NCBI GenBank assembly: GCA_012295275.1
Contig: CM022673.1
Span: forward strand, 28,768,001-28,832,000
DNA from: Chrysomallon squamiferum
Lineage: Eukaryota; Animalia; Mollusca
DNA length: 64,000 nt
Direction of reading: 5' to 3'
Below the pieces are notes generated by a model. That model did not search any database, was not told the origin of the DNA, and worked only from the letters and a program-made list of their open reading frames with translations. Every line of letters starts with the position of its first letter. Within the stretch, counting starts at the first letter, position 1. Shown here piece after piece: positions 54,668 to 64,000 of this stretch. The position numbers were made by a program, and so were the translations under genes.

Positions 54668-55708
54668 AGTTCATATAAATAATACCTATATCACCCCACT
54701 GGGTGTGCATGTTATTTTAATCGGATGATCTAGACACAGAAACCCTGAATTTCTGAAACTGACCATACTGGTGATATCGACCAATACACGTAGTATACAG
54801 TAAGTAGCACTACCGGGTATGGACCAAATTAAGTAGGTCGTTTAGGCAGCGGCATTTGTAATCATTTTAAAACTTGCATCAATTGAGAAAAATCTGATCA
54901 GAGGTAAGTAGTTTTTAGAAACTGTGTAATTGTTTTTAATTTGTCTTATTTTCTTACATTCTAAAAACTATCACGGACACAGATAAACGCAACAACTGTG
55001 ATGTAGATACAGTGAGTGACCTTATATGCTGATAGGATTACCGGCGTATCTGTTTTCTGGTAAATATATATATATATATACACATACATATGTATACATA
55101 TATACACATATATTCATATATATATTTTTTTACATGAAACAAATAATATATGTTTAATGAAATCTTAATGTATTTAAATATTTACGATTAATATTAACAC
55201 AACACATTATTTTTCTTATTTTTCTGAAGTAAAAACGCTCTTTCAATTCCGCGAAGCCTTTTAAGTCGTTTCCTTAACCTGTACTGTTAGCGAGTCTTAC
55301 GTAGAGCATTGTTTCGATCTGTTTTAACATTAATAATAATTATGTCGGTCTGACATCGCACTTTAGTAGGGCACTTTTAAGAAACGTCATTCTTTATGCG
55401 CTGCTTAATATTGGCGTTAATTTTGAAGACATTTTGTTCCAGCAGACGTAAAAATGGAAATTAATTTCTTTCAGATATAAATGTTTATTGTTATATCAGC
55501 TATGTAACATATACACCGCGATAAATAAATAAATAAATAAATAATAATATATTGAAATGTTATTGGAAAAAATTCCCCTCGTTATATTATAGTGATTTTT
55601 GACAAATCAACACTTCTAAGTATATTCTGTATATTTTGTACAATTTTTTATAATTCAGTTCATCATTAAGCATGTTAAATTTAAGTAAAAAATAAGCCTC
55701 ACAAACCT

Positions 55709-55742
<34 letters not shown>

Positions 55743-56714
55743 TCCTTATTGGAAATATGGAAACGGCCACTTAATAATAATGATAATAATAATAAATTAT
55801 TCGGACGTCAGATAAATAGCTCGTCTGAAGTGAAGTCTAGATTTGAAATTAGTTTGTTTATTTTGTTATACAGTTTTTATTTATTAAAGATAAGAACTCA
55901 ATTTCATTTCAGCTGAATTTAAGATCTTACATGTTTAATAGTCGACAAAGATTATATTGTTATAATTTCTTTGAATTAAAATAAAATGTAAAATTTAGTA
56001 TATATCTATATAACTAAAGATATAAATATTAGTTATAATAATATTAAAATATATATATTGTATATAATACTACAAACATACATACATTTAAATGCACTGT
56101 TTTCTTTGCCAGACATATCTGTATTTTTAAATGCACAACCGCTTGAAATTTTACAATAATGTTGCATCGCTCTACATTCTCAAAAATAAGTGATGCAAAA
56201 CTACAATAATTTATATAACCTGGTTGTAAGCTGAGAACAGTGTTTGTGTTACCAAGCTGAAAGTTTAGTACCGTAAATATAGCCACGCTCGGTTATCAAA
56301 GCTGCTTTAGAGACGAACGTTGTATATCAGATTAACCCCAGACTTTAAGTTCTTGGGATGTTTTTCAGAACACAAGACATAAATGAAACAAAATTATAGT
56401 TTATCACAAATGTCAGTAAATTCTACTGCTGAAAAACCCTTCGATTAACGTTAATCCATATAGTTAAATGTAACGTTAAAATAAATATAAATAATGGTTT
56501 TATTTACATATTTTTGTTGTTTGCATGTACGATTTTTGCAAATACAGTGTGGCGCTTCGATTCTCGAATTTAGTCCCAGAAAGATGTTAAAAGAAAAACA
56601 ACATTTTTCATAAGAAATAACATACGTTGAATTAATCCGTTCTAGACACCCAAAACTACAAAGAACTGTAGTAGGAAACATTGCTTATTTAAACCTGTGC
56701 AGTAATACTTAAAT

Positions 56715-56972
56715 TAGGCATCGGCTAAGCTTTTGGAGAGAGGGGACCAGAAAGCTATGCAGCGTTTTGGAGGATGGCCAAGATGTCAAATGTATTACAC
56801 ACACACGCACACGCACTCGCACACGCACACGCACACACACACATGCATACAGGCTGCTTTGGTCTGCAGATTTAAAGAAACAAACAAACAAGGAAGTTGA
56901 AGTAATAATTGGCGACCGAGTGTTGATTGGCGGGCCGGACTAAAATCAGGACCAATGATTGTCTAACCCTTC
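56715..56972 (-). mobile_element. Degenerate second copy of the hAT MITE at 34544-34796, opposite orientation
   Basis: cggctaagcttttggagagaggggaccagaaagctatgcagcgttttggaggatggccaagatgtcaaa..(ca)n..gctgctttgg..tttaaagaaa..tggcgggcc matches the reverse complement of the 34.5-kb element; the TIRs are eroded. Confidence 0.8.
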
Positions 56973-57531
56973 TAAAGTGCACAGAATTACTAACATAAAC
57001 AGCAAACGTTGTCAATTGACGACGAGATCAGATAGCGTTATTTGAGAACCGAGCTATTCACAGTTCGGAGAAGAAGCACAATACTCCCCTACCTGTCGTA
57101 TCTAAACAAATAATAATAAATTTTATGTATCATTAAATTTCATTGTCGGTCCAAATTTTAGAACATGTGAAATCTGGTTAAGTAAATACGCATTTATAAA
57201 TGAATGTACCAAAAAAAAAAAAAAAATTCAATTTCTTTAACGGAATGAGAATAATTTATTCGTTGTTACAAAAATTATATTTGTCATCGTTTCTGTGATC
57301 TAGCCACAGATTTCTTGAACTGTCGTCATTTTTTAATTATTGCGTGACGTATAATTATTATACACTAACTTCCTTATTATATTTCAGTTTGCGTCCGAAA
57401 TCCAGATCAGACCAGAGAGGTGATATTGTACACAGATTTTGTTTTTTAATAGATTAACGTCTGCTGGGTGAGTACTGGTTTACATGTTGCATTTGTTTAA
57501 GTTTCGACTCTGTTTTTATTTTGATTAGGTG

Positions 57532-57584
<53 letters not shown>

Positions 57585-57639
57585 CTTCTCTTTTCTTTTT
57601 TAAATAAAAAAGTAAATCAATGGACGTTTCTTTAAAACC

Positions 57640-57703
57640 TACATACCTGATTTAGTTTATATATAAACAGTTACATACCTGATTTAGTTTATATATAAAC
57701 AGT
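57640..57703. repeat. Perfect 32-bp tandem duplication
   Basis: tacatacctgatttagtttatatataaacagt occurs twice in succession. Confidence 0.9.
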
Positions 57704-58007
57704 TACTGCAAATGTTCAGTTTTGTTTTAATTACGTTAGTATGAAATTCAGTGAATTGTTCTTCGCTTAAAAAGGTAATTCCCCTTTGTAGCTGGAAACT
57801 TAATTCCCCGTGTACCTGCAGCTTGACATAATACGCTTCAAATCATAAATGTAACTAAACAACTAACTATCATTTGTGTTTCATCTGCTCCCAATGACTT
57901 ATATGTACTTTAATTGCAGTAATTAAAATAGAAATATAGTAACAAACACACAAGAACGTATATTCAATTCTTAGTTATTTTCAGGGTTATTTTTTCATAG
58001 CATCATC

Positions 58008-58041
58008 ATGGCGCAGCTGCTGAAGTACAAAGTAAATGAAG
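58008..58041 (+). CDS. Candidate alternative first coding exon of the ABCB1-like gene (MAQLLKYKVNE, phase 1)
   Basis: tttttcatag|CATCATC-ATGGCG..GAAG|gtaaaa has a good Kozak context and the same phase-1 end as exon 60157-60187, so it can splice to 60399. Confidence 0.5.
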
Positions 58042-58752
58042 GTAAAAACAAAATGGCAGAAAATTGCATGAATCACGCAAGTAACGATTCAATGAAACTG
58101 CGCTCGTAGATGCACTGTGTAGTTAACAAGCACACTTGCACATTATTTTATTTATTATGCACAGTTCACCTAACTCTTTATAATACTGCATTATATAAAA
58201 AAATTATAAAAAAATATTATGAAATCTTTTAATAAAGAACTCTGTAATTACTGTGTTATTATACACATTGCACATTTCTGTATCTTCAAAATTTAGCTAA
58301 AACTTTATGATGCCGTATTATGTTTTTAAATCGTAGTTTAATTATTAAAAACTGTAGCAACATTTTATAATATTCTATTATATTTATTAATTATTCAGTA
58401 ACACTTCATAACATTGTATTATAATTAATTAAAAAAAAAAATTAATAACACTTTGAACTCAAATAATATTATATTGTATTATAATTATTAAAATTGTATC
58501 TAATACTGTACTGTTTTCTTTTTCTTCTACTTTTTATTATTCTTATTGTTATTGTTGTTGTTGTTGTTGTCATTATTATCTTTAATTTTAAAAATTCAAC
58601 ATATACCATATTTTTATTTATTTAATACTAAATGCGTACACAGGTTAAATTGTATCCGCTTCTTTAAAACCAGCTGTAACTGGCATATTAGTTAATTAAT
58701 AATGTTTATTATTTGTATCATATATTATGTTATTATAATTATCGTCATCATT

Positions 58753-58784
<32 letters not shown>

Positions 58785-58785
58785 A

Positions 58786-58823
<38 letters not shown>

Positions 58824-58910
58824 GCTGATGTTAAATTTATTTTAGTTGGCCCGATAACATGCTTGAATGTGATTTTAACCTTTTAAGAATATCAATGTAA
58901 TTTTTTTTTA

Positions 58911-59020
<110 letters not shown>

Positions 59021-59304
59021 CGACACATAATACATAACTACACCAGTGTATTAGATTTTTAAAGGGTTCTTTTTTTCGAGCGGTGTATCTACCATTTCGG
59101 CCGTCATGTCTTAAGTTAAACGCCCTCTGTTAACTTTTATATTATATTATATTATATTATAGTATAGTATAGTATAGTATAGTATAGTATAATATAGTAT
59201 AGCATAGCATAGTATAGTATACTTGCACCTCGTAGGGAATACGGGTCTTGTTTTATTTTATCGTAATTTGACATTTAGCATAAAGACACTGGCACAGAAA
59301 ACGT

Positions 59305-59336
<32 letters not shown>

Positions 59337-60156
59337 CCGTCATACTAATCTTCTGTTTAGATCAATTGCGTGATTTCTCAGTAATGGCAGCTGCGTTTCT
59401 CGATTCTCGTATCCTAGGCTGCTTAGTAACAGAGTGTAACATTTTAATACATGTCCATGACGTCATTAGGATTTGCATATTTAATTATGTCTTGTCAGCA
59501 GAAACTTTTCGTTTCTCATTGTCGCGTTCTCTGAATCTTGTTGTGTTCTAATGATCTTTTTTACTACAGAGGTAAAGTGTTATTTTTGTATTTGACTTTA
59601 TGTTAATAAGTTTTAAAAATCGTAAATTTTGTTTTAAAAATATGTTATAACTTGTTCAGATTAATTTATTTTTTGTATTGTTACTGTCATTATTATTATT
59701 GTTGTTGTTGTTGTTGTTGTTGTTGTTATTATTATTATTATTATTATTGATGTATGTATGTATGTATGTATATCCGAGCAATAAACAAGAATCGCTTTAC
59801 AAGAAATATATTAAACAAACATCTATCTATCTATCTATCTATATCTGTCTATCTATATCTATCTATTTATCTATCTATTTATCTATTTATCGGTATATCT
59901 ATTTATTTGTTTATTTATTTGTTTTTACAATCGTCTTCGCGACAGTGACGTTGAAAATATAAATAATAAAAAAAGGAACAAGCATTGTACGTGTTTTAGC
60001 AAATGTAATTGTGCTTCCCTAATTACACCCAATATTAAATATATTTTAAAAACCACTTATTGTTTTGAAAAATATGTAATTGTTATTTTTTATATATATA
60101 TATATATATATCATTTCTTTATTTTACGAGCAGCAGATCTTTACAGCAATAACAAA

Positions 60157-60847
60157 ATGGAGATGAACAACTGCAATTCTGAAACAGGTATGTCTCGATT
60201 AGCCTAGTAATTAAAATAAAAAATTAAAAAATTAATTACAAATAAATAAAGAAGAACAACAAGAAAGAAAGAAAGAAAAAATCAAGATAGTGTACTTTTT
60301 GGCATGAGTAAAAAAGGTAAATAAATATGATTAGCAGTGTATTAAACATGTCTAAGATAAACTTAAATAATTTAATTTTTTTTTTTTTTTTCGTCAAGAC
60401 CACGCAGAAAGTCTGCACATACAAATGCCCAGTAACCATCGGAAAGACGATGAAGCGAAAACAGAAAATGCCAAAGAAGAAAAGAAACCCGAACCACGGG
60501 TTGGAGTGTTTCAATTGGTCAGTCAGCCAAGGAAGAGTTGTAATAATTATAGCGGGTTGCGTCTGTGCTGTTGAGCGCGTGAAAACAAATGAACGTGCGA
60601 ATCAGAACGAGGTCTTGTGAAGCACACCTGCGGCAGTCACGCGCTCCCACAAAGCCAGCGGGGCGTGTCCATCGCAGGGAGCAGTTGAGGGTGGGAAAAA
60701 GGGGGGTTATCTGGTGTTTGTAAACGATTAACTTATATACAGTAAACTGTGGTTCAGGGATGGTATGGTCATGTGTATCACCCAAATTATAATTAGATGT
60801 GTGTGTGTGTTTGTGTGTGTGTTTGTGTGTGTGTTTGTGTGTGTGCG

Positions 60848-60882
<35 letters not shown>

Positions 60883-60993
60883 GCGTGTGTGTGTGCAAAA
60901 CATAATTTATAAACGTTAGGTTCCGAAAGTTTAACTTTTTTGTTGGTGGTAGATTGTGAATAGTTTTGTAAAGATTTATTCAGTGTATATATA

Positions 60994-61043
<50 letters not shown>

Positions 61044-62384
61044 AAAAAGAAAAAAAACTTAATTATTATTCAGTCTTTCTTATTAGCAAAGGTACAGTAC
61101 CTAATTCCAGCAACGACAAAAATAATTTTAAAAAACTCAAATATATATATATGTTTACCGCCAAAGACAAATTAAAAGAAATCCAATGAAAACGTTAATA
61201 ATAAAAGAAAAAGAAATATAATTAATATTCAAGAAAAAAAAAAAAAAAAAAAAAAAAAACCCCAAACAGACATGTTGTTTAATTAGTAGCATATTCATCA
61301 TAATGGTGTAAAACAACTGTAACGTATATGTACTACGTGTTTTTTTTCAGTTTAAATTTGCCAACGGATTTGACATTTTTCCTCATGGTGATTGGCTCAG
61401 TATTCGCTCTCTGTCACGGGACGATGATTCCGCTCATGATCATCGTGTTTGGCAAAGTCGTAGAGACTTTCGTAAACAACGGATCGTTTTCTGTGTTCTT
61501 GGACAGCATCGCTGAATTTTTGACGTCACAAAATTTGACGAAAATTGAGGTGGAAAACAAACCAGACATACTGAAGTTAGTGTATAAAAAAATGTTTAAA
61601 ATCGTCAGCGATACGTGTGTGCGTGTGTTTGTGTGTGTGTGTAAGGGTGTCTGTGCGTGTGTGTGCGTGCGAATATGTGTGTGTGTGTGTCTGTTTATAA
61701 ATATATATGTGTGTGTGTATGTTACAAGAAATATGTATAATTCATGAAAATGTCGTAAAATATGTATAAATTCTGATTCACTCAGAAAACGTCAACTCAT
61801 AGGCTGCAAGTTGACCATTTTCTAACTGTAGTGAATGGAGAATTTTTATTATTTTTTTTTTTCTTCAGTTCTGTGATTACACATATTTCCTAAAATTTTT
61901 GAAGAATTAAACATATATTTTATATATATATATCTTATGTGTATGTATGTCTGCGCGTGCGTGCGTGTTTGTATTTGTGAGTGTTTATACATATATAAAT
62001 CACAATTTTGTTTCAGACCAATGTGTGACGATCTGGCTGTTTTCTACAACAACACACTGACGTGCACCACTGTTCTAGATAACAACGCTGACACGATGTT
62101 TAATCTGATCTCACAGTTTACAGTATATATGGCCCGTGCGTACCCTTCTGTATTGATCGTCATAGCTCTACACACCACCAGCAGTCTATTAGCAACTATC
62201 TGTTAACAGATCAAAGTCATAAACTGTGCATCCGTCGTATACTTGTGTGACAGATATCGACTGCGTTGTAGATTGTTACTGATTGTGACTTAGCCTGCCA
62301 AAATGAGTCGTACAGTTAACGGACTACATGATTTTCCGATGATATGTTAATACATATAAAAAAAATTAAAAATTAAAAAGAATT

Positions 62385-62467
<83 letters not shown>

Positions 62468-63788
62468 AAAAACCAGCATATTTCATTGTCATTCAAAGTC
62501 TTATTATTTATAATGTGTTTACTGCATAGATAGGTTAATAGATAGAGGTTGGTAAGCAGGCAGAAAGGTAAATAGATACATACATACATACATACATATA
62601 AACATACATACATACATACATACATACATACATACATACATAGATAAACAGATAGACAGACACTTAGATTAATTAGAAAAAATCGTTATTATCATTATCG
62701 TCATCATCTTCGTTATTATTAATATATGTTTCAGTTATGGGCCTTGGAGTTTTGGTTTTTGGTTATGCCGAGGTGACTTACTGGATGATGTCGGCAGAAA
62801 GACAGACGCATCGCATCAGAAAGAAGTTTTTCTCAAACTTGTTACGTCAGAACATCGCCTGGTTCGACACTAACGAGAGCACAGAGCTTAATACCCGAAT
62901 GACTGAGTAAGTTGTAACATAGAGAGAACACATGAATCTATGCATGTACGTAAGTATGTATCTGTATGTCTGTGTGTGTGTGTGTTTGTGTGTATGTGTA
63001 TATGTGTGTGTACAATTTTGCAATATATTTAATCCAGTTAAAGCTTTGTGCCCATTTTCTCACATATTAACTAACCATACTGTCAAGATATTTCGTATGC
63101 TTCAATCAATTAAGGAGTACAGATACAAAGAACATTTAAACCATTGCAAACATTTATATATTTTCATTGTTTGTTTGTTTTGTTTTTTCAGTGACATAAA
63201 TAAAATTCATGACGGGATCGGAGACAAAGTGGGGATCATTTTGCAGTCGGTTTCCACGTTTCTGTCAGGATTAATCATTGGCTTCATATTTGGCTGGAAG
63301 CTCACGCTGGTGATGCTTTCTGTGAGCCCAGTTCTGATGGCTGCTGCCATCCTTTTAAACAAGGTTCGTTTTCTTCTTCCTTTTTTAACCTTTTACTGAC
63401 TGAGAAATATATTCGGATTCGGATTTTTCCATTGAAAATAATAATAATAATAAAAAACCATTGTTTTACAAAAGGTAAATGGCAGCATCTTTGTCTTTTC
63501 TTGGGGTGGTGGTGGTCATTATTTCATTGTTATACTTTATTATTAACAAAGATTAGTGTTCATTTTAAATAAAACCGTTACCTGTAACAAAGAGTGTCAG
63601 AAGAGTTACTGGAATGGACACATGTATTTGTTGTTTTAATAAGTTACTCTCTCGCACTCACAGCTGACAACTGCAGCAACAACCAATGAGTTGAAAGCGT
63701 ACGCCATAGCGGGTTCGATAGCGGAAGAGGTCCTTGGTGCCATCAGGACTGTAGCTGCTTTTGGTGGACAGAAAAAAGAACTGGACAG
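60157..63788 (+). CDS. ABCB1: ABCB1/MDR1-type P-glycoprotein, N-terminal part (continues beyond the window); apparent +1 frameshift at 61376-61380
   Basis: Exons 60157-60187, 60399-60517 (..VGVFQL), 61351-61575 ([31 protein letters not shown]), 62017-62135, 62735-62906 ([33 protein letters not shown]), 63192-63363 ([31 protein letters not shown]), 63664-63788 ([31 protein letters not shown]). These are hallmark TMD1 motifs of full-length ABCB transporters. Confidence 0.93.
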
Positions 63789-63913
63789 GTAAAATGCAGT
63801 TTAGAAAACTTGTTTTAAAATATCAGTGTATTTTATTATTAAGAGTTATCAGGCATCAGATAGGATTTTTGTATACTGAATTAATGAATGATTTTGAATA
63901 ACGTCTCGATTCA

Positions 63914-63949
<36 letters not shown>

Positions 63950-64000
63950 AAAAAAAAAAAAAAAAAATATATATATATGTTTAAGTGTTCTATTCTTATT

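Noticed and set aside
60550-60720. GC-rich island in an ABCB1 intron, considered as an ncRNA or extra exon
   Set aside because: No recognisable RNA fold, box motifs or compatible splice sites; at most an unsupported enhancer.

Overview
AT-rich, microsatellite-dense, intron-rich animal DNA, probably an invertebrate and plausibly a mollusc; the taxon is inferred, not established. Six spliced protein-coding genes were reconstructed by hand from GT-AG exon chains. (1) A NIMA/NEK-family kinase (-), 3' end unresolved. (2) Head-to-head with it, an unusual + strand gene with four copies of a ~75-aa BEN/SAMD3-like helical domain and a C-terminal BTB/POZ domain. (3) Tail-to-tail with that, a BTB + C2H2 zinc-finger (ZBTB-like) gene (-). 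(4) A mitochondrial-clan cytochrome P450 (+). (5) A tetraspanin (-). (6) The 5' part of an ABCB1/P-glycoprotein gene (+), with an apparent 1-nt frameshift and two candidate alternative first exons. Also present: non-autonomous DNA transposons (Tigger/pogo-, Tc2- and hAT-like MITEs), microsatellite-centred fold-back palindromes including a 299-bp hairpin in the probable tetraspanin 3' UTR, local duplications, an excess of TGACGTCA sites, and a switch from CpG-poor to CpG-normal sequence near 33 kb. Family assignments come from motif recognition only; no database search was run.
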